In this document: piece by piece, positions 10,585 to 21,610 of the stretch
Layout of the letters: every line of letters starts with the position of its first letter
Position numbering within the stretch: the stretch's first letter is position 1
IMG/VR virus record: IMGVR_UViG_3300025589_000004
Location: 34,812 to 98,811 of that record
From: a virus
Lineage: Duplodnaviria > Caudoviricetes
Strand: one strand, 5' to 3'
Length of the DNA stretch: 64,000 nucleotides
Position numbers and translations under genes: made by a program
Notes under the pieces: generated by a model
Told to the model about the DNA's origin: nothing
Database searches by the model: none
Seen by the model: the letters and a program-made list of their open reading frames with translations, nothing else

Positions 10585-11964
10585 ATGAATGTATATATAT
10601 TGTTTCCTACAGCGAGGCCTGAAGTTGCGTTCGAAAGAATAAAAGAATGGCTATTTAATAGGACAGAATTAACTACAACTATTAAATTTGCTATAGCAGT
10701 TAGGACTATAGAACAATATCATATTTTAAAATCTAAATTAAATAGTCTGTCAATCTTACCTGAATATTATATCAAAATCATTAATAATGATATTCCTGGG
10801 GTGTGTTATCCATTATATAATTTATCATATAATCTAGATAAATGTTATCCTGAAATTAAAAATGAAGATATTGTTATTGCTACTTTTGACGATTTTCATC
10901 CGCTTTTTTCTTGGGATAAGTTTTTATATAACTATTTCTTTACAAAAACAAAACCACAAGTATTCTTAACTTATGATAGTATCCAAGATGTTAATAATAT
11001 TATTACTCTTCCAATAATGAATTATGCAGCATTAAAAGAATTAAATTATATAATATATCATCCAATATATAATCATATGTGTGCTGATGAGGAATTGTAT
11101 GATGTAGTAAGAGAAAAAGATATTTTATTAGATATACGTAAATATGATAATAGAATCTTTTTTGAACATAGGCATTATGTCAATAATAAACGTAATCCAG
11201 ATGATTTAGATAAATATGTTGAAAGTAAACATTTAGATGATAAATTATTATATTTTTCTAGAAAACAATTATCTATTCAAGAAAAATTAAAAATAAACAA
11301 AGCACATATAATTAAAAAAAATAATTTTCAATCAAATTTATGGAATATATGTATTTTATCTATTCCAAAGAGAGAAAAGATATTAAAAGATTTATTAGTC
11401 TATTTAAGCAGACAATTATTATTAAATGTAAATATAACTGTTAATAATGTATCAGATGAATATGTTTCAAATAAAAGAAATGAATTGTTATTTTTCTCAG
11501 TAAATAGAGGCTATAAATATATATCATATATCGATGATGATGATTTAGTTTCTGAAATATATATCCCGTTGATAGCTAAAATTTTACAAAAAAATAACGT
11601 TGATAGTGTTGGTTTAATTGGTGTAGTAAATGATTATAATAACAAAAAAAATAATGGATTGTTTATTCATAGTATCAAATATAACAAATGGATAAATAAA
11701 TCAATTAAAACTAAAACAATAAATATACCACAATTTAACTTAATTGATTTTGAGATTAATAATATATATTATAGGTTTCCAAATCATATCAATCCTATTC
11801 GATTGGAATGTATTATTAAAAACAATATTAATTTTAATTATGATATGAATGAACGTGAAGATAGACATTTTTCAAATCTTTTATATAATAAAAAAGCAAT
11901 CAAAAGTGAATATTTAATAACAAAACCCATTCTTTATTATTATCGAGACAATATTATTAAATAG
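10585..11964 (+). CDS. Two-domain GT-A (GT2-like) glycosyltransferase
   Basis: Domain 1: ILFPTARP...ATFDD...ADEEL...FEHRH. Domain 2: ICILSIPKR...YISYIDDDD...EREDRHF. Confidence 0.8.
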   Translation: MNVYILFPTARPEVAFERIKEWLFNRTELTTTIKFAIAVRTIEQYHILKSKLNSLSILPEYYIKIINNDIPGVCYPLYNLSYNLDKCYPEIKNEDIVIATFDDFHPLFSWDKFLYNYFFTKTKPQVFLTYDSIQDVNNIITLPIMNYAALKELNYIIYHPIYNHMCADEELYDVVREKDILLDIRKYDNRIFFEHRHYVNNKRNPDDLDKYVESKHLDDKLLYFSRKQLSIQEKLKINKAHIIKKNNFQSNLWNICILSIPKREKILKDLLVYLSRQLLLNVNITVNNVSDEYVSNKRNELLFFSVNRGYKYISYIDDDDLVSEIYIPLIAKILQKNNVDSVGLIGVVNDYNNKKNNGLFIHSIKYNKWINKSIKTKTINIPQFNLIDFEINNIYYRFPNHINPIRLECIIKNNINFNYDMNEREDRHFSNLLYNKKAIKSEYLITKPILYYYRDNIIK

Positions 11965-12110
11965 TCTATGACTTTATATATATTAAACAATATTACTTTA
12001 TCTTGTATTTTTTTATTTTTTTTAATTAAAATATAAAAAAATTTAAATTATTTATATAAAAGGAGAAATTATATGATAGTATTACACAGAATTCCAAAAT
12101 CAATAGAAGA

Positions 12111-12137
12111 AGTGATTTCTATGCATGCTGAAGCAAT
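12111..12137 (+). repeat. 27-bp dispersed repeat, copy 1 (inverted copy at 57243..57269)
   Basis: AGTGATTTCTATGCATGCTGAAGCAAT, exact match. Confidence 0.9.
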
Positions 12138-12168
12138 GCATCTTCTAAGAGAAGATTTTTTATTATAG

Positions 12169-12193
12169 TATAAATAATATTAACAATTCATAT
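12169..12193 (+). repeat. 25-bp direct repeat starting with TATAAATA (second copy 15637..15661)
   Basis: TATAAATAATATTAACAATTCATAT, exact match. Confidence 0.85.
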
Positions 12194-12717
12194 ACAATCT
12201 AAAGATAGTATCTTTCTTGATTATATGTTTAAGTAAATAAGAGCCTATTTAATAAACTTGATAGTAAAACACGGAATAAATTAGCAAAAGTTCTTGGATA
12301 TAAATCTGAAGATGATTTGTTTAAAAATGCTTTCTTTACAATGGAAGAGGCTGAACGTGTCGCTGAAGCAATTACTAATAAAAAATTGCCAGAAAATAAG
12401 TATCTACTGTTATTTAGATATGAAGAAGAGTATGGAGTAATATCTAATTCAATAGTTGCTGAGCAATTGATATTATTTACACCAGAATGGTATACTGATG
12501 ATAAAGATATTTTATTACAAAAGATAATTAGTGGGCGTGAAGAAGAAAGTTTTGAACAATATTTTGCACATTTTCAAGCATATTTCTATTCAGATAATAA
12601 CTGGACACCAAAAGATAAAGAAATATTAAATCTTAAAGACGAATTTGGTACAACAGTTAAAGAAGTTTTAGAGCAAGAAAGTGAAGATCTTGAAGAAGAG
12701 GAAGAAGATTGGTGAAA

Positions 12718-13518
12718 TTATAAAAGTATATTTTTAAAAAAATTAGAATTATAATATAATTCTAAATTATTAAGATAATCTAAATTATATTTATTATTAA
12801 ATTTGTTTATACATATTTTCTGTTTATTCCAAAAATCTGTTGTTTTTCTTAATATAGACTTATTTAATGTTCTATCATTATCTTTTATTTTGAGATAGCT
12901 ATATTTGTAGTCTGGATATAAAAATTGCAATTTATAATGAGACATTATTCTAAAACTATGGTCTATATGATCAAATCCAATATCAAAGTTTTCGTCAAAT
13001 AATCCAATTTTTTCTAATATATTTCTAGTATAAAAACAAAACATTCCAACACAGTGTTTAAAAAAGATAATATCATTTTTTTTGGAAAATAAAGGTTTAT
13101 ATTTAAATCTGATTTTATTATTAATATATTCTATATTACAATCACCACCATAACCATAACAAAAATGCTCTATTCCAGATTTTTTAGATAATTCAATATA
13201 ATCATTAAATATGCTTATATCTGATATAGCTATATCATCTTCTAATAAGAATAAATAATCACAATTAGTTTCTAGAAAATGTTTTAATATAATATTCTTA
13301 TTTTTAGCTATATTAACTTTATCATTTTTCTCTATATAATCATAAATAATATTGGTATAATTAAATATATATTTATTTGTATATTTTATGTCAATATTAG
13401 AATTTTCTAGTATAATTAACTTGTTTATTTTTGGAATTATTATATCAATAGAAGTCAATAATTCTTTAAATAATTCTTCTCTATTTGCAGTTAAAATACC
13501 AATACAAATATCATTCAT
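12718..13518 (-). CDS. GT2-family glycosyltransferase
   Basis: ICIGILTANR, CDYLFLLEDD, IGLFDENF...DHIDHSFR. Confidence 0.85.
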   Translation of the reverse strand: MNDICIGILTANREELFKELLTSIDIIIPKINKLIILENSNIDIKYTNKYIFNYTNIIYDYIEKNDKVNIAKNKNIILKHFLETNCDYLFLLEDDIAISDISIFNDYIELSKKSGIEHFCYGYGGDCNIEYINNKIRFKYKPLFSKKNDIIFFKHCVGMFCFYTRNILEKIGLFDENFDIGFDHIDHSFRIMSHYKLQFLYPDYKYSYLKIKDNDRTLNKSILRKTTDFWNKQKICINKFNNKYNLDYLNNLELYYNSNFFKNILL

Positions 13519-13570
13519 AAATAATTATTTATTTTTTTAAATTTTAGTTAGTATAATAATTATACTTATT

Positions 13571-15577
13571 ATGACCACAAATATTAAAAATATCAAATTA
13601 AAAAGCATATATATAAAGAATTTTATGTGCTTTAATGAATTAAATCTAGATTTTGATAAGTTTAGTCCAGGTAATGCATATTTAATTACAGGAAAAAATC
13701 TAGATATGTCAACTAATGAAAATATAGCAAACAATGGTGTAGGTAAATCTGCACTGTTTTCTGCTATATTTTTTGGTTTATTTGGTGACACATTCCATAA
13801 TCTATCTTCACAATCTAATATCCACAAATTTGACAAATTAAATGAACCATTAGATATTATCCTAGAATTATATTGCAACAAGGATTTATATACGATACAT
13901 AATCATATTGATAAATATAAAAGACCAATAAATATCAAGATATATAAGAATAATGAGTTAGTTAATTTTTCTTCAGTAAAAGATTCTAGAAAATATATTG
14001 TTGATAAAATCCTATCATTACCATTAGATTATTTCAAGAATATAGTATTTTTAGTTGCAGATAATAATGTTAATTTTATATCAATGAATTATCAGGATAA
14101 AATAACATTTTTAAATAGAATATTTAAATTGACTAAATATCAACAATTAAATGAAATATTTAAAGATGATAGATTGGATTTGGTAAATAAAATAGATAGA
14201 ATAGATAATGAAATGAAGAATTTAGAAAGAATAATTAATGATTTGAATATTAATATTAATAAACAACAAAATGATAGATTACTTCAATTTAAAAATAAGT
14301 TAAATTTGTTTAAAGATATTATTGGAGAAAAGATTGTTATTATAGAGCATTGTATTGAAAAAATTAATAATTTATATGCAAATGAAAATTATAAAATTAT
14401 AATAGATAAAATACAGATTCTAAGATTAATATTAGATAAATTAATATTTTACAAAACAGAATTAGTCAATTTAATAGAGGCTATTGATTTAGCAAAAATA
14501 GAAAATAGTGATGATATTATAGCCATATATAAACATTTATCACATTTAATAATCACTATTCATAAATCAATTGATTTGAACTTTATGGATAATAATATTG
14601 AATCAAAATTGATAGATATCAATAATAAAATCATAGAATATAAAACCAAAATAATGTCTAATATGGAATCTATCAATAAAAAGAATATTGATGTCAAAAA
14701 TATGCGTTCAAAATTAAATGTATTCAAAGATTATTTATGTAATAACTGCTTATCTAAACTAGATAACTTAATTCAAGATTTGCTTTCTGAAATAAATATA
14801 GTAAATAAATCAATTGATGAAGATAAAAAAAATCTATCCAAACTTAATCAAATCTCTGATATTATTAATGATATCAAATCATTTATTAATAACATTTTAG
14901 ATAATATGTCTAATTCTATCAGAACTATTGAAAATAAATTTAAAGAAATAGAACTATTTGTTAATGATAAAACTAATAATGAAAATAATCATATAATTGA
15001 ATTATTAAAAAAAAATAAGGATATATTAACTACTAGACAAAAAGAAAAAGGGGAATTATATACTAAATATAAATATATTGAATTCTTAGAAAAATTTAAT
15101 AAAGACTTTATTGTTTATATGTTTAATAATGTTATAGAAATCTTAAATAAATTGATAGAATACTACATAAACAAATTCAGATTAAATTATGTTTGTAGAT
15201 TTGATAGCAATCTCAATTTATTGGTTTTTAATAAATCTGGTATAGAAACTAATTATAATAATCTATCTTCTGGTGAAAAATGTAGAGTTAATATGGCTTT
15301 ATTGTTTGCTATTCGAAACCTAATTTTGATGCGATATTCAATTTCAGCTAATTTTATGGTAATAGATGAATATTTTGATTCTAATATAGATGAAGCTGGA
15401 TTACAATCTATAATAGATGTACTAAATGATATTAAAAATAAAGAAAAATTACAATTATATATAATTACACATAGACAAGAAATAAAAAATTTTTATAAAT
15501 ATAAATTCTTTGATAAAATCATATCCTTTACTAAAAAAGAAGCCAATTCTACATATAATATACTAGATGTTGTATGA
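13571..15577 (+). CDS. gp46: SbcC/Rad50-like recombination ATPase
   Basis: IKNFMCF, Walker A NGVGKS, CNNC zinc hook, LSSGE signature, MVIDE Walker B, IITH. Confidence 0.9.
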   Translation: MTTNIKNIKLKSIYIKNFMCFNELNLDFDKFSPGNAYLITGKNLDMSTNENIANNGVGKSALFSAIFFGLFGDTFHNLSSQSNIHKFDKLNEPLDIILELYCNKDLYTIHNHIDKYKRPINIKIYKNNELVNFSSVKDSRKYIVDKILSLPLDYFKNIVFLVADNNVNFISMNYQDKITFLNRIFKLTKYQQLNEIFKDDRLDLVNKIDRIDNEMKNLERIINDLNININKQQNDRLLQFKNKLNLFKDIIGEKIVIIEHCIEKINNLYANENYKIIIDKIQILRLILDKLIFYKTELVNLIEAIDLAKIENSDDIIAIYKHLSHLIITIHKSIDLNFMDNNIESKLIDINNKIIEYKTKIMSNMESINKKNIDVKNMRSKLNVFKDYLCNNCLSKLDNLIQDLLSEINIVNKSIDEDKKNLSKLNQISDIINDIKSFINNILDNMSNSIRTIENKFKEIELFVNDKTNNENNHIIELLKKNKDILTTRQKEKGELYTKYKYIEFLEKFNKDFIVYMFNNVIEILNKLIEYYINKFRLNYVCRFDSNLNLLVFNKSGIETNYNNLSSGEKCRVNMALLFAIRNLILMRYSISANFMVIDEYFDSNIDEAGLQSIIDVLNDIKNKEKLQLYIITHRQEIKNFYKYKFFDKIISFTKKEANSTYNILDVV

Positions 15578-15714
15578 TTTCACTTTTATCTGATATTTGT
15601 ATTTAAAATAATCACATATTATTTTTTTAATTAAAATATAAATAATATTAACAATTCATATTAAATATAATAATAGTATTTTTTTACTTAAAATAAATAA
15701 AGAGGCACTCTGAT

Positions 15715-15885
15715 ATGAATTATAATAAATTTTTTAAACCAATTAAAAGAAAAGTTATATTAGAAAAGGAAATTGAAGAAGAAAAAATAACTCCAGAAAT
15801 GATTAGAACTTTTGCTAAAATGATAAAACCAAATTCTACTGTAGAAGAAATGACAGAAATATGGGAAAGTATACTAAATAGATAA
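15715..15885 (+). CDS. Small hypothetical protein (56 aa, not in ORF track)
   Basis: MNYNKFFKPIKRKVILEKEIEEE...ESILNR; GAGG RBS and TATAAATA at 15637. Confidence 0.6.
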   Translation: MNYNKFFKPIKRKVILEKEIEEEKITPEMIRTFAKMIKPNSTVEEMTEIWESILNR

Positions 15886-15901
15886 ATACAATCAAATATA
15901 T

Positions 15902-16918
15902 ATGAAAACATATTCAAATAATTTTGAAATTAGAAATGCTGTAATTACCTTTCTTGATTTATTTAATGATATATATGTATATCGTAAAGAAGGTAATGAA
16001 CGAAAAAAGATTTATGTTAAAACATTTTTTGGAAATAAAAATAGAATAAACAAATTTATTGAAAATATATCATTTACACAAACACCACCAGTTATAGCTG
16101 TAGAGTATATGTCTATAGCTAGAGATTCTAATAGAGTATCTAATCTTAATGAACATTTAAAATATCTACCTGACATTCGTTATATTCCAGAAGAATTATT
16201 GGATAATTATTATAATAAATTCCCTGGAAATCCAGTTAATATAGAATTTAGATTATCTATTTTCTGCAAATATCGTGCTGATTTAGAACAAATATTAAAT
16301 AATTTTATATCATTTTTTAACCCGAGCGTATATGTAGTAACGCCACACCCCAAAATCAACCCAGAAAAAGGAATAATGTTAAAACATTGCGTTGTGTGGT
16401 CAGGTAATGTCAATATAGATTATAATGACAATTTAGATGATAGGATAAAATATAATGCAGATACTTCATTTACATTTAAAACATGGATATTTCCAGGCGA
16501 AGGTCCATATCAAGATAATAATTATGGTGTGATTGAAAAAATCAATTTCTTCCCAGAAATTATTGATGAAGATGATTATTCATATTTATCTTCTTGGTAT
16601 CCCGTTGATAAGAATACTTTAGAGACTAATTATGAAGATTTAATTGTCGGCATGGTAAAATTACCGTATTACGATAAATTGACTATATCTGGTGATATTA
16701 AAAAACGTGCTAGAAATGATGTTGTGTCTGGTTACTGGATTGATATATCAGCAGCAATTTCTGGTGAAGTAAAGAATATGTATATTCCAACATCAGCTGA
16801 GCCAATATATTTAGTTACAGATCATGATAATTTATTAATAATAAGTAATGCGGCTATTATTACTAAATATTCAGAACAAATTGATTTGATAGATTTAATG
16901 AAAAAATATAATATTTAA
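15902..16918 (+). CDS. gp15: Tail terminator / sheath stabiliser with C-terminal extension
   Basis: FLDLFNDIYVYR, PVIAVEY..ARDSNR, PVNIEFRLSI...QILNNFISFFNP, SFTFKTWIF. Confidence 0.8.
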   Translation: MKTYSNNFEIRNAVITFLDLFNDIYVYRKEGNERKKIYVKTFFGNKNRINKFIENISFTQTPPVIAVEYMSIARDSNRVSNLNEHLKYLPDIRYIPEELLDNYYNKFPGNPVNIEFRLSIFCKYRADLEQILNNFISFFNPSVYVVTPHPKINPEKGIMLKHCVVWSGNVNIDYNDNLDDRIKYNADTSFTFKTWIFPGEGPYQDNNYGVIEKINFFPEIIDEDDYSYLSSWYPVDKNTLETNYEDLIVGMVKLPYYDKLTISGDIKKRARNDVVSGYWIDISAAISGEVKNMYIPTSAEPIYLVTDHDNLLIISNAAIITKYSEQIDLIDLMKKYNI

Positions 16919-17778
16919 CGATTTTTGGTATAATAAGATAATATAGCTAATGCATTATTATGATTATCTTTAATTTGTTTTTTGGCTATTAAATAAGCAA
17001 TATCAATTAAATTATGGTTAAATTTTAATATATTTTCATTAATAGTATGTTCAAAAAATAAGAATTTGAATTTATTATTATCCTTATATTTATCATAAAT
17101 ATCAAATATCTGGTCAAATGCCAATATATCTAACTGTTTCTTAAGTCTATCTATCATATTATCATCGTTATATATTCTATATTTTGGATTAATACTAGCT
17201 ATTAAAATATATATCTCATCATAATCATTTATATTTTCTGGAATATATATATTATCTCTAACACAACCATCACTATAATATTCATCTTTAATTTTAACTA
17301 GTGGAAATACACCAGCAATGCTTGTTGATGCCATAATACAATCTATAAATGATATATCAACTGGTAGGTTTTTGGTAGAAAACACTGTTGTTTTAAAAGA
17401 ATTCCACTTTGTAGCTATAACAGAGCAAGGTATTTTATATCCATATTTATCATCAGCTAAATATTTCTTTAATACATTCTCTTTTAATAGACTATTATCC
17501 AGATAATATTTAATAAATGGAAATCTAATTTGCCAAAATATACGTTCTTTATATATATCATTATTTTCTAATTTATTTAAAATATCAATACATTCATTAA
17601 TATTATATCCTGCTGCAACAAAAGCGGCTACTATAGCACCAGTACTAGTTCCAATAATTTCTGATGGTTTTATATTAGCTTCAAATAAAGCTTTTAAAAA
17701 ACCAGCATGAATATCTACACCAACTAAACCCCCACCAGATAATATAAATAATCTCTTTTTTTCTATTTCTTGAATCAT
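16915..17778 (-). CDS. Patatin-like phospholipase
   Basis: LSGGGLVG, GTSTG (GxSxG), ASTSIAGVFP and DGC. Confidence 0.9.
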   Translation of the reverse strand: MIQEIEKKRLFILSGGGLVGVDIHAGFLKALFEANIKPSEIIGTSTGAIVAAFVAAGYNINECIDILNKLENNDIYKERIFWQIRFPFIKYYLDNSLLKENVLKKYLADDKYGYKIPCSVIATKWNSFKTTVFSTKNLPVDISFIDCIMASTSIAGVFPLVKIKDEYYSDGCVRDNIYIPENINDYDEIYILIASINPKYRIYNDDNMIDRLKKQLDILAFDQIFDIYDKYKDNNKFKFLFFEHTINENILKFNHNLIDIAYLIAKKQIKDNHNNALAILSYYTKNR

Positions 17779-17925
17779 ATATATATATTTATTATATATT
17801 TATCAGTATTTTTTCTTTTTTTATTATAAAAAAATAAATAATATTAATAAATAATTATTAACTAGAATATAAATATATGTGAGAATTAATTTAATTGAAC
17901 AATTTATTGAAATATAGGTGAGAAT

Positions 17926-20154
17926 ATGCCAAATAGAACAATAGAACATCCTGGTGTTGAAATATTTGAACGAGATTTTTCTTCGATTGCGACACATGTT
18001 GGAATGAGTACAGTTTTAGTTTTAGGTTATTCAGATTATGGTGAGGAAAATATTCCAACATCTATATCTGATATATCATCGTTTAAGACTAATTTTGGAA
18101 CGCCTAAAAGCGATGCAGAATTGTATAGTTATTATGCATGTAAAAAGGTTTTAGAGGAATCTGGTAATTTGTTATTTATTAAGTTGCCATATTCAAATGA
18201 AGCTACAGGTAAATATAGAGCACAAACATTTCAAATTTTAGATTCAACAAGTACTTCTGGCAATGCACAGATTGCTGAAATGTTTAATGTGCCTGTTTCT
18301 GGTTGTGGAGTTAAAAGAATAGGTGTTGATAGTGAAACAATACTTTTAGATTATAATGATATAGATAGTTTAAGAAATGGTGCAACATTCCAATCAGTAC
18401 AAAGTCAACCAATAAATACAAAATCATTCATTATAATTAATAAATCTAGAGATATTTTACAGGGAGATAATGAAAAATCTGGTATATTTGTTATGATATT
18501 GCCATTATATAATGCTATCCCATGGCAATATTTAGCAACATTTGAAACATTATCTTCTCCAATAGAAAATTGGGATTTATTTGCTGGAATTAGAGCGCCA
18601 TCTGGAGTAACAATACGAGACTGGACTTCAGCAAATGATTGGCTTATTCCCCCAACAGATATATATACAAATGATTCTCTTTCAAAAAGTATACTTAAAT
18701 ATTTTCCGACAATTAGCCAAACAGCAGATGGTATAGATAGAGAATATCTTAATCAAGTAGTTGTTCTAGTATGTAAATCTTATATTAATCCAACTTATGG
18801 TAATGTACTTAATTTTGAATTTCTTGAAAAACATGTTGGTTCACTATACTACAAAGATAAGGATATATATGGAAACAGTATATTTTTAGGGGATATTATT
18901 AATTCCAATTCTAAATATATAGAGTTTTATTTCAATAGTATAGATGAAAATTTACAAGAAACTGTACATGCTCAAGCTTGTATAAATAATGTTAATAAGA
19001 TTACAAACAATATAATATATACAGTTGTCAACAATCCTAATCCAGAAGATATTGCTGGTAAGATTGAGTGGAATTTGCTGTCGTTTACCAATAAAGAAAC
19101 TGAGAAGAATATAGTTTTAGAGACTTTGTTGTCAAATATAGATGCGGCATTAGAAAAAGTTAAAAATGTAGATGATTATGATATTGATATTATAATTGAT
19201 GCAGGATTATCTAACATAGCTCAATATGTGTCTAATCATACTACAGGCGTTGATGTTAATATTAAGTATAATCCAAGTAAATGGTCTTCATTAGATGAAA
19301 TTAATTCTCAATTTGATTTGGAAGTGTGGAAAACTGTAATTAGTAAATTGACTACATTTGCCGAAGCAACTAGAAAAGATTGCATGGTTATAGCAGATGC
19401 TCCAAGGGCATTAGCAGTAAAAGGAAATGAGAAATTAATAACACCAGAAAAAACAACGGCTACAAATAATATTGATACTATAATATTACCAAAATTAAAA
19501 TATCTAATGTTCAATTCTAGTTATTTGGCTGAATATGTCACTTGGTGTAAAGTTATTAATGATTTTTCTGGCACCGCGGTTTGGCTGCCGCCAACAACTA
19601 AAGTTATAGGAAATTATCTTTATACTGAAAGATTATATAACTATTTTGAAGCACCATATGGAATGACTAGAGGTATAATATCCGATATTGTTGATATATC
19701 ATTCAATCCAAATTCTAAACAACAGGATGCTATTTATTTGAAAGGATTGAATTATATATCACAATCAACACAGGGATTTGTTGTGATGGGACAAAAGACA
19801 ACTTTACAGAAACAGTCTGATTTTAGTCGTGTTAATGTACGTAGATTATTCTTGAAACTTGAAAAAATTACATATAAGACACTTAAAATGTTTGTTGGTG
19901 AAATTAATAATTATTATACTAGAACAAGAATAGTTGATATACTAACACCAGTATTTAATAATGTAAAATTGCTTGGTGGTATATATGATTTCAAGGTTGT
20001 CTGTGATGAAACTATAAATACACCTGAAGTAATACAAAATAACGAATTGAGATTGAATATACTTATATCAGCTTCAAGTGTTGCAGACTTTATACTTGCG
20101 ACATTTGCCGCAACTAAATACGGTGCTAATTTCGAAGAAATAGTAATTACTTAA
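17926..20154 (+). CDS. gp18: Contractile tail sheath protein
   Basis: HPGVEIFERD, FGTP, APYGMTRG, GQKT, RVNVRRLF, CDETINTPE. Confidence 0.95.
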   Translation: MPNRTIEHPGVEIFERDFSSIATHVGMSTVLVLGYSDYGEENIPTSISDISSFKTNFGTPKSDAELYSYYACKKVLEESGNLLFIKLPYSNEATGKYRAQTFQILDSTSTSGNAQIAEMFNVPVSGCGVKRIGVDSETILLDYNDIDSLRNGATFQSVQSQPINTKSFIIINKSRDILQGDNEKSGIFVMILPLYNAIPWQYLATFETLSSPIENWDLFAGIRAPSGVTIRDWTSANDWLIPPTDIYTNDSLSKSILKYFPTISQTADGIDREYLNQVVVLVCKSYINPTYGNVLNFEFLEKHVGSLYYKDKDIYGNSIFLGDIINSNSKYIEFYFNSIDENLQETVHAQACINNVNKITNNIIYTVVNNPNPEDIAGKIEWNLLSFTNKETEKNIVLETLLSNIDAALEKVKNVDDYDIDIIIDAGLSNIAQYVSNHTTGVDVNIKYNPSKWSSLDEINSQFDLEVWKTVISKLTTFAEATRKDCMVIADAPRALAVKGNEKLITPEKTTATNNIDTIILPKLKYLMFNSSYLAEYVTWCKVINDFSGTAVWLPPTTKVIGNYLYTERLYNYFEAPYGMTRGIISDIVDISFNPNSKQQDAIYLKGLNYISQSTQGFVVMGQKTTLQKQSDFSRVNVRRLFLKLEKITYKTLKMFVGEINNYYTRTRIVDILTPVFNNVKLLGGIYDFKVVCDETINTPEVIQNNELRLNILISASSVADFILATFAATKYGANFEEIVIT

Positions 20155-20174
20155 TTTATTAAGGAGAAAATAAT

Positions 20175-20747
20175 ATGGCAGAACAAATTAAATCACTAAA
20201 TGATTTTTATAATCTATTATCAACAACACCACCTAGATTATCACATCAATATCAGGTATTATTGTTTCCACCTGAGACAATAAATAACAAAGCTAAAAGT
20301 ATACTAAATAATGTTTCTTATTTTTGCACCTCGGCAACTGTACCTGGCCGTGGTCTTGAAGTAGCAGAATTGACATATTTTGGTATGAAGTTTTCTGTTC
20401 CAAGAATAATTAAACTAGAAAATACAATTAAACTAAGTTTTTGGACAGATAGAGATTCTTCTTTGCGTAATGCCATGATTGATTGGTCTAGTGTTCATGC
20501 TAATCTCGATAGAAAAACTGGTATACAGAATTCTAATCTCGGTGGAGTAAAAACTATACCTTCTTCTAGTATAGAACTGCATTTGCTTAATGAGCAACTA
20601 GATTCTGTTATTGAAATATATAAATTGTATGGTGTATTTCCTACTGAAGTTGGCAGTTTTGAAGTTAAACAAGAAGGTGCTGATATTGTTAATTTTGATG
20701 TTAATTTTGTTTATCAATATTATACTATAGACAATAAGACCGAATAA
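20175..20747 (+). CDS. gp19: Tail tube protein
   Basis: Follows the sheath; CTSATVPGR, YKLYGVFPTEVG, FDVNFVYQY. Confidence 0.85.
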   Translation: MAEQIKSLNDFYNLLSTTPPRLSHQYQVLLFPPETINNKAKSILNNVSYFCTSATVPGRGLEVAELTYFGMKFSVPRIIKLENTIKLSFWTDRDSSLRNAMIDWSSVHANLDRKTGIQNSNLGGVKTIPSSSIELHLLNEQLDSVIEIYKLYGVFPTEVGSFEVKQEGADIVNFDVNFVYQYYTIDNKTE

Positions 20748-20811
20748 TATTATATAATTTAATTAAATTATAATATAATTATTAATAGTTAAATTATAAT
20801 AGGGTATTTAG

Positions 20812-21585
20812 ATGTCCATACTTAATCTTTTAACTTCTGGTTTGAATAATTTAACAGCACCGACATTAAAGGTGTTTTATGATAGATATGCGTCTGAATT
20901 GCCAGAATATGTACCTTCACTAGATTGTAAATTTGCTATCTGGATTATTCCGTTTCCAGTTTTAGATTTCAGAAATCCATTGACTTATTGTTTAGGCAAA
21001 GAATTACTTAATTCAGTTAGTGATGCTTTTGTAAACAAGAATATCGCACTTAATCCATTTAATTTTTTGACATTATATGCTGTAAATGTTACTTTACCAA
21101 CGATTTCAACTGATGTAGAAGAAATACCAACAGATTTTGGTAAAATAATTATACCTGGAATATATACATTACCAGAAAAGAATTCAATTACAATTGAGTT
21201 TTTAAATACAGATTTATCTATTTTAGATACATTTTTTTATGTATGGTTAAATCAAGTTACTTCACAAAACTGGGTTTATTCTGGACCTGAATATAAATTA
21301 GAAGAAACTGTGCCATATGCAGTAGCTACAATGCTAATTTTTCCTATAACTGAATTACAAGCACCAAAATTAGGAGAAATAAGTGTACCAAAACAAATAT
21401 ATCTATTTACAAGATGTTTTCCAACATCAATGACACTGCCTAAATATTCACAAGATAATACAGGCTTACAAACAAGAGAAATGAATTTTGCATTTACTAA
21501 AGTATTTGTAATACCTAATATTATAGGAATGATTAAAAGTTTATATAACAATATAGCAGATCCAATTAAGAAAAATATATTTTAA
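20812..21585 (+). CDS. Tail-tube-fold protein (gp54/gp19-like)
   Basis: VTLP, ITIEFLNT, YLFTRCFPTSM...YSQD...MNFAF. Confidence 0.6.
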   Translation: MSILNLLTSGLNNLTAPTLKVFYDRYASELPEYVPSLDCKFAIWIIPFPVLDFRNPLTYCLGKELLNSVSDAFVNKNIALNPFNFLTLYAVNVTLPTISTDVEEIPTDFGKIIIPGIYTLPEKNSITIEFLNTDLSILDTFFYVWLNQVTSQNWVYSGPEYKLEETVPYAVATMLIFPITELQAPKLGEISVPKQIYLFTRCFPTSMTLPKYSQDNTGLQTREMNFAFTKVFVIPNIIGMIKSLYNNIADPIKKNIF

Positions 21586-21610
21586 TTAATAAATAGTGTT
21601 ATGTTGAATT

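Larger units (their letters stand above)
12073..12715 (+). pseudogene. Interrupted gene: 31-aa N-fragment (12073..12168) plus C-fragment (open 12233..12715)
   Basis: AAGGAG RBS before ATG 12073 (MIVLHRIPKSIEE...). The downstream frame is open from 12233 with no good start. The intervening DNA carries repeats found at 57243-57269 and 15637-15661. Confidence 0.45.
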
